DNA of 63,880 nt, filler included, from Kipferlia bialata (lineage: Eukaryota): assembly GCA_003568945.1 (NCBI GenBank). It is 5 parts of 4 records of this genome, joined end to end, with 100 filler letters (N's around TTAATTAATTAA, not from the genome) between each part and the next. Parts side by side here need not be neighbours in the genome. Positions count along the whole stretch, not along the records: positions 1 to 23,311 come from BDIP01000262.1; positions 23,412 to 46,687 come from BDIP01000263.1; 3 more parts are not named here. One strand, written 5' to 3'. The notes under the pieces are model-generated. The model made no database searches and was not told the DNA's origin. It saw only the letters and a program-made list of their open reading frames with translations. Of this stretch, positions 11,490 to 24,643 are shown piece after piece (the stretch's first letter is position 1; each line of letters starts with the position of its first letter). A program made the position numbers and the translations under genes.

Positions 11490-14400
11490 CTATAATCCCC
11501 CGTGCTTTTCCACCATGTGTGCATACACAGGCCCTTCCCTGGTACTCACAAACCCACAGGCCCAGCACCAGTGCTTGCCACAGTGACATGTTATGTGGTT
11601 GCACCCCTCACTCTTCTCCACCGCCACCCCACAGCTAGGGCATGTATGCACACTGGCAGAGAGCTCTCGGAACCGGTTCAGCTCGTTGTTGAGATCGGCC
11701 TCTACCTTTTGTCTTGTCTTTGTACCATCACCGATGCTGATACCAGCCGAGTCACAGCTGTCCTGGAAGGCAACGTCCAGGTGGCCAAGGCAGGTGTCGG
11801 GGACAGTGATGGTGGCTGTACACTGCTGCGCAGAAGGCAGAGCCAGACGGGCAGTGTCAGTGGCTAGCACTAGAGTGATCCTACTCTGTGGCAGCATAGC
11901 GGACCCAGTGGCAAACACTAGGAGCAGCCGCAGAAGGGTGTCGTTCTGAAGGGCAGACTGCTCCTGAACGAACTGACTAAAAGCCTCTTTGAGCCTCTCA
12001 CTCTTGATGTCAAATGCTAGCATATACCGGTCGGCTGTAATGGCTGGCAGAGAGGCTGCCACTGTGAGGAACTGGTCGAGGGTGAGTGCCGCGACAGTCT
12101 CTCCGTACTCCTGATGCAGAGAGCAGTAGCCCCTGTGGATCTCCACCCCAGCCTCCATGGTGAGTCTGACGTAGGATGACTCAAACACCCTGGCAAAGGC
12201 ACTTGTGTTGTGTTCGTCCAGTACCAGGTCTGACTCTAGCGCACCTGGAACGGAGTCGAAGGGGACAGGGACAGGGTTCTCCAGCAGACGCAACAGACTA
12301 CGCCGCTGGGCAGGGAATGTTGCTGCAAAGAGGCGGGACACAGCTGCCTCGTCCTGCAGCTGTGCGTTGATGCCTCCCCTCATAGCGGCATACACTGCCA
12401 TGCCAAACAGGCCGTGGGGGAAGGGACCCTCTAGAAGCTGGAAGGCAAGGAAACGACCCAGGGCGGCATATGCATCTCGTATTGCGTCTAAGGTTGAGGT
12501 GTCCCCTGACTCTCTGCGCTCAATCATGATGCAGCACGCCTCGATGGATGGTATTAGCTGGTATGTGCCGTCGCCCCCAGCCTCCAGCAGAGTCACTTGC
12601 ATACCATTGATGCTCATGGGTTTCTGGAGGGCAGAGAGAAGCACATCGAGAGGTTTCACTTCCTCTCCGTCCACGACAGTTCCCTCCAAGCGACAGTGTC
12701 CGGTGATACCAGGAGTAGCAGGTGCTCTGTAATGCTGCAGTAGCGACTCAGGTGTGCATGGCACAGTAGGAGAGTCCTGCTTGACTGCCTGCACCTGCTG
12801 CCACAGCAGGGCCTGCAGTCTCTGCAGCCTGCCCAGTGCGGCATCTGATGAGTCAGGAGAGGCAGTAGAGGGTACGGCAAAGAGACCTGCTGCTGCCATG
12901 TGGTAGGCCGAGAACCGCTGTGCCTTGGGACCCAGGCACCTGTTGATGAGAGCAACATCTAGGGTACTCAGCGCAGGGCAGGTGAACGTGGTGACTCCGA
13001 ATAGCGGGATGCCCCGCCCCTCACCACCAGCAAACACCACCTGCATAGTACGTCCGAAGGAGTATACGTCGGAGAGGGCATCAAACTGCTTTGTGGCAAA
13101 GCTCTCTTGGTCCAGGAAGAGTACTGTTCCAAAGGCGGTGCGCTCCAAGGTGGTGACGAAGTCCTGGCTGTTTCGAGATATGTCAAAGTCTCCTAAGGCC
13201 ACGCCCGTCACTCTGCCCTTTGTGTGGTTGATGAAGATGTTCTGGGGCTTGATGTCCCTATGGACCACCCTGTGGCCCTCTAGGGTGGCCATTGCCTCTA
13301 GCACTTGCCTGCCTATGTACCGAAGGGTCTCTGTACAGGGCTGTGTCCCAAGGAAGTCCATCAGGTTACAGTCGTACATCTCTGTCACAATGTAGCAGGT
13401 GGGTCCCTCGACCACTAGCCCAAGGAACTGAACTATGTGTACGTCTCTGACCGTAGTGTACACAGACACCTCCCGTCTGGCATGCTCCATCTGTATCTTG
13501 TCGTTCAGGTCGTACCCCTTCAGCACCACTGGCAGGTGGGACTCAGGGTGTGTGCCCTGTAGCAGAGGGGCACGCCCGCACGTTTCAAACGGCTCCGGCC
13601 TGAAGGTGTGGAGGGGTAGGTGGAGGCACGACTTGGCGAAGGGGGAGAGAGAGGTCCCGTCTAGAGGGTGGTCGAGAGGGTTAGATGCAAGAACCTGGGT
13701 GAGCAACGAGTGTAAAGTATAAGTGCATTATAGACAAACTATAAATGCACAAGTTTCGTCAACGTCAGAGAATAGTTCATTACTATATGAGGATGGATAC
13801 CCACTAACCTCTGCAGCCTCGGGATGGAGCAAGTGGCGGTTGAGCCTTACAACCAAGCTCCGTCCCTTGGCGGTTACGGCATAGATGGCGTTCTGCTCCT
13901 CTTGAAGAGACGCCTTCTCCTTTTGGAACCGTTCACTATTCTTCCCACTCCTCATACACCTGGCAATACGCACATCACAGATGGCAATGTCCTCCTCGAG
14001 CTCATCGTGTCTGGTATTAGTTCTATAGTATGTATGGTGTATACGTGTCTGGTGATTGCACTCATTGAGCTGCCGAACAAGTCCATACCTATCCTGGGCC
14101 ACCACGGGTAGAGCCTTCAGCTCTGCTATGATCTCCCGCATGTCGGCCTCCTCAGCCTGTCTACACTGCAGCTCTCGGTACATCTCCTCAACCCTACTCC
14201 TGATGCTCCTTGCCTGCTTTACGGCATCTGGGTCTACCCCCTCTAGAGACTTGGTACATGCAGAGAGAGAGTCGTCAAGGTCCAGAAGGTTAGTTAATGC
14301 CTCCGCCACCTCTGCCACCACAGCGTTGAACTCTGCCACGTATACTGGGTCGATGGGTCCGGGGAGTCCCATACACACTGTAGCAGAGGTAGTGCTGCTG

Positions 14401-17400
14401 TCAGGGACAGGAACCAGTAGCTGTGCGTGGTCTAGCGTCGATTTATCACTCCTTGCTAGCTCAATTGCTCCCTCCACATCAAATTCCGTCTCCTGGAGAC
14501 TTGTTATTGCCCTTCGGTACTCTGTGAGAAGTGGCACAAACTCCGACAAAAGTGGGCTCACATTAGTACCACACAGCGAGTGTAGTGGGTGCTGACGTAG
14601 GAAGGACTGAAGAGAGTCGTTCATCTGCGATAAGAGTGTAGCTGCAACAGTGTATGGGTCCAGTGCCTGGACGGCATCGGAAAGTGCCCTGATGTCTACT
14701 GCTCGGACTTCATCGAGAATCCCTCGGACCACCTGTGATCAGAATATTGAGTGTAACTGTATATGGGTTTCATCCTTGGGCCAATGCTGGAAGGAGAAGT
14801 GTATCTACAGAGGAAAGAGAGACGGCATCACAAGACGGTAACGATACCTCAATCCTGTTGGGTGGATCCAACCACAGACACCAGTGGTTACCGTCTACTG
14901 GTTGGGGATCAAAGGACCTAGGCTCCTTAGGTAATGAAGGTGGTGTGTCTCTCTCAATCGCTACACTGCACGCAGCGACAAAGGGTGGGCGGCCAGGGAT
15001 CATTGTGTCACAAGGATCAATGTCTCTGTATACCTCTCCAGCTTCCACTGACTCTGGATCCCCAAGTAGAGCTCGTACTGCAAGTGTCCTGCCAAAGACA
15101 CTTCTGATACCACCCTCCCGCAGCCTATCTAGAGTGGCCTCTGCACCCCCCGTTGTGGTGGTCTCATTGTGTGCCTCTTCCTGTATGGCTTGGAGAGTGA
15201 ACGCCTCAATTTCGTCCTTGCTCCTGCCCATGGCAATCCACACACTGAGGAACAGTGGGCTGTCTAAAAGAGTGTAGACACTGCAGTATGACGGACGAGT
15301 CAAGAGAAGTCTCCCCTCTGACTCCTCTAGAACTCCGAGAGAGTACAGGATATCACCAGTTGGACTGGACTGTCCAGCCCACATTAAGTGTCGGAGCAGC
15401 TTCACCAAGGTCTCTCTCGGGCACTGTATGAAGTATAGGTACTCGGCCTCTAGTGTGTACCCACCCAAAGACACGCTCAAATCACTGAAGAGATCACACA
15501 GGTCTCTTTGGGCCCTGTCCGCGTCAGAGGGTGCACTGTCATCTGCAAAGCATGTGTCAGATACGGCACCAGAGAGCAGCCCCGTTGCGAAGAACTCCCC
15601 TTTGGAGGGCAGTCTGTATCCACTCGTATATAGGCTAGCGAGGTACTCCACCTCCTCCTGGTGCGTCGATGTCGAAAATGCTCTGAATACACGTGTTACT
15701 ACAGCATGTTGTCCGGTATGTGCAATCAGAAGGCTAAACAGCCATCTGCGGAGACAGGGCTCCACTGCTCTGACAAGGTCAGGCAGGATCCGCCAAAGGG
15801 GGGAGCGTGGTTCGTCACGCAAGTGGAATGAGAAGCACTTCAACACCTGTACCTGCCGACTAGTGTCCCCCTTGCATCCCTCCAGTCTCTTCTGAAAGAC
15901 AGATGTGACCTTAGTCGTGACACGTGGGGCTGCTGATACTAGTGAGGCAGCCAATGTGAGTGACGGTAGTGTCACTCTTGCCTCTGACAGCAGCGACAGC
16001 ACAGACTGTGTGTCCAGTGTCTCCAGGGTACTACCGCCAAGTCTTGAGAGTACCGGTACCCCCATGTTGGGAGCAAGGACCTTCAGTAGCTGCGATGATC
16101 CCATGCGTTGCCTATTTACCGCGGCATGCCTGCGTACCCAGGACAGATACACGGATACAACACTTGGATGGACAACCCTGGGCCCTGACAGGAGGGTGGC
16201 GAGTTCGGATAGGGACACTCCAATCGGTACGCTAGCCAGTGGGGTCAGGCATTGCCCGTGCTCCTCATCAATGCTAGTGGCCAGAACAGGGGCAGACTGG
16301 CAGTTGAGACCCAGCTCTGTCAGTGACACCATAGGAGTGGGAGGCCGCTTGCGGTAGAGAGCAAATGCTAGCATTGGCAATCGCACCGCCCATGTGTGGT
16401 CACGAGTCTCACTGATCAGAGAGATGGCCTGTCTAAGTGGCGTAGGGGGCAGGGTGGCAATGCACTGAGCGGCGAAAGCAACAGCACGAGCCTGCTCAGC
16501 TGGGCACAAGAGCCACAGGACGACACTCCTTGTGAACACCTCGAGGCTGCGAGGGAGCTCGCCCCACTCTGAAGACAGTGCATCTCCCAAGGGGATGACG
16601 GCTCTCCAGCCAAGGCTTCTGCTACGTGAGTACATCCACTTTAGCCTTACCAGAAGCTCTGGGTGTCTCCCGCTGTATATCCTTGTGACGGACTCGGCAA
16701 GGTGCAGAGCACTGTCGTAGTCTGACCTGTATAGCATGGCCCCTCTCTGATCGTAACGCCAGCGCCAATCAATGTTCTCGCAGATCAGCAACCGCAGGAA
16801 GAACTCATGCATGTCAAGCACAAGAGGAACCTCATCATGGGAGTCGTCTTCTGAGGCATATGTCGTAAGGACCAGATGAGCGGGAGCAGGTCGTTGGTAT
16901 TCAACCAGCGCAGACTGCACATACCCTATCTTCCTGATCATGACTCCCTGGTGTACAGATGATCCAAGGCCGCTCAGAACCTGTGACAGGGTGGTGTGAC
17001 CATGGCGCTCTAGTAACAAGGTGACGATTGGGACCTCATACCACTCTGGGGCTGAGGAATCAGCTGGAACCTCCCAAGACGAGATCCAGTCGCAGAGGGC
17101 GTTGAGTACAGACTCTGGTAGCTCGTACTGTCCCCTTGCTAGCCAGTCGCACAGCTCCCAATGTGGTTCTGGTGCTTTATCTTGACGAAACTCACACTCT
17201 CTGACAATCTCAATTGCCCGGCACACATCTCTTTCATACTCTGCGGGTGACATGCTGAATGGCAGGAGTCGAGCACTGGCTTCAAAGATGACTGCATGTT
17301 TGTTTCTACCGGTGTACTCAGGACATGGTACGTGACCAAACACACGATAACCGTATTCCACGAGACAAGCAAGGGCAAACGGCGCCATCTCATTCACAAT

Positions 17401-20400
17401 AATCCTGTGACGTCGAAACCGACTGAGGGCCACAACTGTCCTCCACATTGTATGGGCGTATGGAATACCCGTACCGCTAGTGACAAAAATCATAGCCGAC
17501 TCTACCCATGCAGCACCGTTCTCGAAAAGGGATAGAAGGGTCAGAGCGTATGTCTGTCGCTCGTCTTGCGACGACGCACCACACCACTGAGACATGTAGG
17601 GCCGCAGCTCCTGCCGCACCTGTGCCTCCAGTAACATGTGTGTTGCAGCATACAGCACACACACTTTGACCGGGTGACACTTAGAGTCCCGAAGCCACTC
17701 ACAGAGTGCTTTGGCGGGCAAGAGCTGCCTGTGCAGTAGTTCTCCGACGAATGACGTTGGAGAGTCCCAGTGGCGGAAGTGGCAACATCCCCACTCATCT
17801 GTATCTGAGTCTGCTCCTGTCACACAGTCTGTGTCCTCACCTTCCTCCTTGTCACACTCAACAAGTGACTTGGTGTATACAAAGCGGTCAGGATCGTGTC
17901 GATGCGGTACGACCATTGTATCGACTGAGAGACGTGGCAGAAGCCACTCCAACAGTGGAGGGGGCAGTTCTAGCAGATCCATCGTAGGAACAAATGTCCC
18001 CATAACGTCAGCTACATCACTAGTCTGAGGCTTTCTCATCACAATATCCCAGATGGCAGCACAATCCAGGCGATGGAAGTCTCTGTTGTGCTTGCCTTGC
18101 TGCCGTAGCCCATCCACAGTAATGGTACAGAGTGTGAGAAGGTTGTCTGGCAGCAGCAGGTGGGACCTCAGGCTAACGATCTGTGGCTGACATAACACCT
18201 CCTCTGCTACCCCCCACTGCTCAGTAGACAGGCAGCAGAGAGGTAAGTTGGTGCTATCGTCCTGTCTCAGTGGCCCAGGTTTGGCGTGGCTAAACATGGC
18301 TCTGACATCGGCCTCTAGATGGGTGAAACAGAGCATATGGTCTCTCTGTGCTACCCAGCGCTTCTCTGGGGCCCTCATGTACATGCAGTACTCATGGGTG
18401 GCAGCATCTGCCATAGCCTTGGTGCAAGTGATGTTGAGCTCGGTGTGACGGGCTAGACGAGCAGCATAGCGCCAGTGCCTGGTGGAAAACTCAAGGCTGC
18501 AGCGCCCCCACACACTCTTGTCACCAAAGAGACTGAGCAGGCTCGAGGTGTGTGTGTGTATGCTATCACTGGTAGTGCTTCCCCACTCTGACAGATACTG
18601 CCGGTGGTGAGGGGCAAGAGTGGCAGCTAGCAGCATGTGAGCAGTCACTTGCAGAACACTGCCCCCGGTCTGTCTGTCAACAGACTGGCTTAGCCAAGAA
18701 GAGAGGATCTCCGGCGAGACAAGACGTCTGTGGACAAGCCGAGCCGTGAAGGTGGTGGGAACATATCTCGCGGTGAAGGGCACAGCTAACGTGTCAGAGG
18801 GTGGAACACTATCACCAGTTGCTTCTGCTTCTGCAGGGCCAGGAGCATCCACCTTCAGCCTGGGTAGAATCCACTCAAGAAGAGCAGGTGGAAGCTCTAA
18901 CATTGCCATGCTAGGTTCGACCATCCCCATACGTATATCTTGGGGCACCTGCATCACAATGTCCCAAACAGGAGCACAGTCAAGGTAGTGATAGTCCCTG
19001 TTACGCCTGTCCTGCTGTCTCAGACCCCTATGTGTGCGATGACAGAGAGAGAGAAGGTTCCGTGGTTCAAGCAGGCAGGTAGTCAGATCAATGTTGGTAA
19101 TTGCAAGCACCTCTGCCATCTCAAGCCACTGAGGGGGTGTCAGGGTGGCAAGAGGCAGCTGCACGCTATCACCTGGCTGAAGGGCAGTTGTCTGAACGGT
19201 ACCCAGCAACGCCCTTACGTCAGGTAACAACTGCGTGTGGCAAAGCATCAGCTGCCGCTGCGCACACCACCGTCTTTCAGGTGCTCGCATATAGAGGCAC
19301 AGCTCGTGGACGGCGGCGTCTGCCATTGCCTGAGAGCAAGTCACGTTGAACTCAGGATAGACGGCAAGCCTAGTGGCATAGCGCCAGTCGATAGGTTTGA
19401 ACACCAGCCGACAGCAGCTCCAGACTGGGTTATCCCCAAAGAGAGGGAGGACACTTGAGATGTAGTCCCGGCTACTGATAGCATCGACACTACCCCACTC
19501 TCTGATGTACCGACGGTGTTGAGGGGCTAGGGTGCTTGTCACGAGCATGTGTGAGAGGGTATGTAGCACACATCCGCCAGTGTGTCTACTGACCGACAGG
19601 GATAACCAAGAGCAGAGACTCTCTGGCGACACAAGGCGTCTGTACAACAGCTGAGACGCAAAGCCCCAGGGCACAAACCTCGGAGAGTAGGGTATGCAAA
19701 GCGTACCATCTTCAGACAGCCTCGCATCTCTGGATGGACGAGAATCCACCTCTAGCCCAGGTAGCAGCCACTCTAGTACATTGGGAGGCAGTTCTAGTAG
19801 CCACAGAGGAGGGGACTTGATGACCTCATCCATCTGCAGGGGCTGTGCGAGTAGTCTCTCCCACAACGGGTAGACTGAGGTGTGACTAAAGTCTACTGGC
19901 GAGGGGTCTTGGGCAAGATACTGGACTGTCTTGGAGCACAGGGCCAGTAGAGGGCTGGGAGACTGGAGGATAGCTCGTAGGCTTGACCCCCCAGGGAGAC
20001 TCTCTAGCACCTGTTGCACACCCTCCCACTGGCCAGCAGTGATGTCCAGCAGGGCAAGTGCCTCTCTCTCTCTGTCCAAGAGCACACAGGCACTGGGTGT
20101 GCTGTTCACCAGAGACAAACAGAGCTGTGTACTACAGCCCCTACTCAAGAGTGGTAGTAACGCAGAGGGGAGGCATGAAGGATACTCCACTATGCATCCA
20201 TCAGAAACAAGTGCGTCTAGTAGTGGTGTCAGGCAAGGGGAGGAAAGTGCTCTAGCAGCTGCCAGGAGCACATTCCCTTCCTCGTCCTTGTCAGAACACC
20301 ACTGAGACAGCTCCTTACTTGTGAATGCCTGGATCAGAGAGTGCATGTCACACCATATGACCTCGAGACAGACGGAGTGGCGCAGAGTGGCAACCGTGTC

Positions 20401-21724
20401 CCCAAGAGAGGGGGGACACAGGGTGGCTAGGAGATGGGTTGCCATGGCCACGTTGCCATGTCTGATTGCAGTGATGATGGGACTCTTGACCCCACCCCCT
20501 CTGCCAAGAGGCCACAGACTACGCACTGCCTCTACCCCGATATGCTCAAGGAGAGCATCTGCGAGGGGAGTGGCATGCTTGTCACCTAGCCTGGCCACAA
20601 CGTGTAGGGGGGACTCTCCGTTGCACAGGGCGACGGAGGGGTCTGCCATGGCGTGTGGTATCTCTTTCCGACCCGACCTCTGAAGAGAGGCCGGAAGGGG
20701 CTGACCCAACACACCCCTCAGTAGGTGGAGCAGTAAAGCTTGAGAGATGCGTGGAATATTCTCCAGCAGTGCATGCAGCACCGTTGTACCAACGGTATCG
20801 GCAGAGAGGGAGGGGGGTGCAGCAAAGATACTCTTGCCAGTCAACACCTCCAGAGGGTCTATGCCACGCCGCTCTGTCTCTCTCCACACGTCAGCTGCCT
20901 CCAGTGGCCGTGAGTGTATAGAGAGTGGGCTGTACTCCTGGGGAGAGGCTGCCTCTGGGTCAGGATGGCAGGTGTCAACAGCGCCGAGGGCACACACCAA
21001 CTCAACGGCGGTGAAGGGACAGCGCGGCGGAGGCAGAAGATAGGGGCCACCCAACAGGTTGAGTCTACTGGGGTCTAATGCAACTTGAGAGGGTGTGCGG
21101 CCATACACATCCCTACAGTCCCTCAGTGTCTCCAGCACCCCTAGTCTCTGGCACTCACCCAGCAGTACAGTGTCATTCCTATACACTGCAAGATGGGCTA
21201 GGGTGGCACCCTGCCCGTCCCTCCCCTTCCAGTGCAGGGAAACTGCCAGAGCGTCCTCCAGACACCCCCTCTCTGCTGCTTGCACTAAGGCTATGGGGGA
21301 TAGGCCGGCTGTGACGTCACATGAGTAGAGCACGGCCTGTATATGGGGAGGGGTGTCAGAGAACGGGGGACCCACAGTCAGAAGCCTCTGGTACGAGGGA
21401 GGGAGGGAGTTGGCATTGAACCTCAGGGATGGGACTGGGACGAGGGGCAAGGGGTTGGCCCACACCCACTTGGGTGGAGAAGGTGGTACAGGGAGAGGCT
21501 CAAGATCCACTGGGTTGAGTATGATGCTGAGAAGTGGTAGAGCCAGATACGTATTTGCCCACTGACAGATGTAGTGACTGAGCTTGAATTCACACCAATG
21601 GCATTGCTGTACCTTGGGTTGGAGTGCGGTCTCTCCATGCATCTGTGTTCTTTGGCGCAGGCACACCTCCAGCGCTAGCCTCGTCCCTCTTTTCATGCTT
21701 GGATGCATCCTCTGAGGAGGATCC
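11490..21724 (-). CDS. Giant (>=3300 aa) protein: ankyrin repeats - three ~300-aa internal repeats - coiled coil - protein kinase - HECT - RBR RING2/Rcat
   Basis: Three ORFs join in phase through GT-AG introns. Exons 21724-21613, 21509-14848, 14732-13809, 13694-11490; junctions NRIE|VVRG and EAAE|VLAS. Ankyrin motifs GATLAHLA, GRTPSQVA, GTTVLHAL, GESPLHVVA. Kinase VVLK / HRDIKPQN / DFD. HECT LLVFATGSAMLP...LPSAQQC. Rcat CPSC...EKSEGCNHITCHCGKHWCWAC. Further small 5' exons are likely (e.g. 22142-22104); the start is unresolved. Confidence 0.8.
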
Positions 21725-23263
21725 CTACAATGTGAGAAGAGGAGGGAAGAGGAATGATGAGGGAATACGGGTGTGATTGCGGAGAGTTGGGGAGGGGGGA
21801 ACGACGATAGAAAGGGAGAGCGAGCGATAGTGCTGAAGATTGACTACTAGACATGGAGTACCTGAGTGAGATGGATACTAATATACTATGATATATGTAT
21901 ACAAAGAGAGAGGCGGAAAGAAATTACTGGGAGCCAGCATATAGAGGCACGTATAGCGTACCATACAACGCCACTGTACCATCTGGTTCATATATGGACA
22001 TATACCATGCTATTACTGCGTCTGAGCCCATGTATGTGAAGCGTGTAGACCCCCTTACCCTATATAGACAGTATATTAAGAGACGTACCGAGTCGTGGCT
22101 AACCTGACAGTGCTTCGTAGCAGAAGGGGCCTCCACGGTGCCCTGGGGTCAGCAGATGGAGGGGTAGGGGTAGTATGATCTCACTTGTCAGGAAGGAGAG
22201 GAGTATGTCACCTCACTAGTACACGTCTGGCCTGGGTCCTGGGGACTGGGGGCAGTACACACGAGTTCGGGTGTTATGTCGGGGGCACAGGGCTCACCCA
22301 GATCGGGCATGTAGGAGACAACGCTGGTATGGGCAACAGTGACCTATGCTGTAAAAGTGCTGCCTTGATAAGCTGGACCATCTCAAAAACGAAAAGGGTG
22401 TAGGCGACCATCATACACTACAGTCTAAACTGTGACAGTTCAACTGTCAATATGTATAGTGCAGAAATACAGTCTATTATGAGTCTTCCATAAACAACCA
22501 GAATAGTCTCAGGCTCGACTAGATCCATTCATATGGTACTGTCGTCCGAAATAGGAACAAACTCTCTACAGCGCAGTGACTGTCCTTAGGACAATAGGCT
22601 GACTATGTATCGCGAGTCACAAGTGACACGAGTGGATCAAGTCAAGGCCAGGGCTCCACTCTGTCCACATGGTCACTGTGATGTCAGCTATAAAGGAAGG
22701 CCTTCTCAGACTTAGTAACTCAGAAGGGACCCAGTCGAGAATCTAAGGGGCTAGGCTTGAGGGCCGACAAAAACATATCTTCAGGAGATGCTCCTCCTAC
22801 TCTCAAAGCTCCTTGGCATGGAGTCCCGAAGCAGAGGGACTAAGCGCCTGCCGAAGGTTGGAATGGTGATGGGTTTAGTCAGTTCTTTTCCAAGAGTCTT
22901 AGTTGGTTGTTTCTGAGTTTTGCTCACTTCAGCCCGCCTCCCCAGATGTACTCTCTGTATCGACTCTCAGTGAGTACAAGGCCCTAACAGGGGAGGTACA
23001 CACTCGTCAGATACATCATTATCAACAGTAAGTTTCTTAGTATTCTCCTTTAAGCGTCCTCACCCCTTAGGATCAGGTTACTGTCTCAGCACAATGCGCA
23101 AAGTTTTGGGCCACTTTGCCTGAGAGACGTAAGTCCAGGTACTTTCGAAGTACTTTACTGCTGACAGATGAGATCCATGCCCACAATTTGGCGGTTATCA
23201 AGGAGGAGATGAAGGATAGATATTGAAGTACCTCTCTATCACTGAACTTGAACTCTAAGGGGA

Positions 23264-23306
<43 letters not shown>

Positions 23307-23311
23307 CCTCT

Positions 23312-23411
23312 NNNNNNNNNNNNNNNNNNNNNNNNNNNNNNNNNNNNNNNNNNNNTTAATTAATTAANNNNNNNNNNNNNNNNNNNNNNNNNNNNNNNNN
23401 NNNNNNNNNNN
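23312..23411. other. Artificial assembly spacer
   Basis: N44-TTAATTAATTAA-N44, with stops in all six frames; preceded by poly-C. Confidence 0.97.
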
Positions 23412-23518
23412 GTGAGTTCGCCTCCCTCCTTGAGGTCATCGAGGCCAACGTGGACTACACCACCACCACCCGTAACTGGGGAGGACTCGAGAAGGGCTCC
23501 AAGGCTGTCAAGGCTTAA
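23412..23518 (+). CDS. RPL7A: 60S ribosomal protein eL8/L7a, C-terminal fragment
   Basis: Reads EFASLLEVIEANVDYTTTTRNWGGLEKGSKAVKA*, resembling the eL8 C-terminal L.E.i..N......R.WGG...G.K motif. Truncated by the spacer. Confidence 0.7.
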
Positions 23519-23776
23519 GTTTACTCTTGAGCTTCGACGAATTGGCCCTTCCATTGGGTAGCATTGAATAGATGTTTGTCCCGATTTGTTAGTGTTGGCA
23601 ATTCAGATATCACTATCCTCTCTCAAGCTCTTCTTAGTGTGAGTCTGGGGGATAGAACACTGTTGCAACCAGTCCACGTGAATTGGAGTCTGTACAGCTA
23701 CACCCTCGAGTGTTTTTACCGTATTGTGTCCTATCGTGTCTGTCGCGACTCAGTCCTCTCTTCGTCCCACTGGAAG

Positions 23777-24210
23777 ATGAATAACACAACCCAGCCCAAG
23801 GCCGAGAATGGGTTTCAGGAGCCTGATGAGGAGGACGGCAAGGTGTTCAAGAATGTGGCTCTGCGAGAGACGATGGATCTCCTGGCACACAGACACGACC
23901 GCAGTCTGAGGTGGGATGACCAGGCAGGAGCCGCCTTGAATGAGGTGATGGAGGACTTCATCTCCTCGTCCCTCACGTTTGTGGAGCAGATGTACGACGC
24001 CCAGGATCAGGAGAGAACAGGAAAGGAACAGGGGACCAGAACATCTACACAGCATCCCTCAGTCACCGACATGAAGGAGTTCTTTGGTGAGACACACCGT
24101 ATATATATGTATGTATGCGTGGGTTTCCACTCATTGTTATGACAGTGTGTATCCTCTGACTTCTGACATCAGAGGAGTTCTACAACATACGCCTTCCTGA
24201 CCAGACTTAG
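23777..24210 (+). CDS. TAF12-like histone-fold protein
   Basis: Exons 23777-24086 and 24173-24210. DRSLRWDDQAGAALNEVMEDFISSSL...SVTDMKEFFEEFYNIRLP parallels TAF12 DP...LD.dve..L...adDFI.sv...ev.Dv...lE..wn..iP. Confidence 0.55.
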
Positions 24211-24643
24211 AGTAGTAGTGTAGTAGCCACAATCTCTGGCCACACATAGCCCACCTGATATTGGTGGCTGATAGTGATACCGCGGACACAGTGTTGCGAT
24301 TGTCAGAGGGCTCCCGGGAATACCCGCGAATATGCCCCATCTTGCCGCATATGCGTCCAAGATGATTACCACTTGGACATGTCTCATCTACTATTTCATC
24401 CCTTCTGGAGGGCACTTCATACAAGACACAGTCTACACATCGGCTATGCGCTGGTTGTCTGTGGATACAATAGATACCAACATATCTATAGGTACTATGG
24501 GAATCCAATGTCTATAAGAACCTCTCTGAAATGTCCAACACATTTACCCAATAACGGACACGCACTCTATTAATGAACACGGAGACACATACACAGCTAT
24601 AGGAAAACGGGTCATACAACACATTGTCGAGAGTCAGTCCCTC

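Noticed and set aside
21510..21708. ORF-track N-terminus MHPSMKRG... of the 2312-aa ORF
   Set aside because: A donor at 21612 and acceptor at 21510 fit a different frame for 21724-21613, so this start probably reads through an intron.
22400..23260. Possible transposon remnant
   Set aside because: No terminal repeats, transposase or RT motifs, or long ORF visible.
23356..23367. TTAATTAATTAA palindrome recurring four times
   Set aside because: Always centred in N runs of fixed length; a synthetic six-frame-stop linker.
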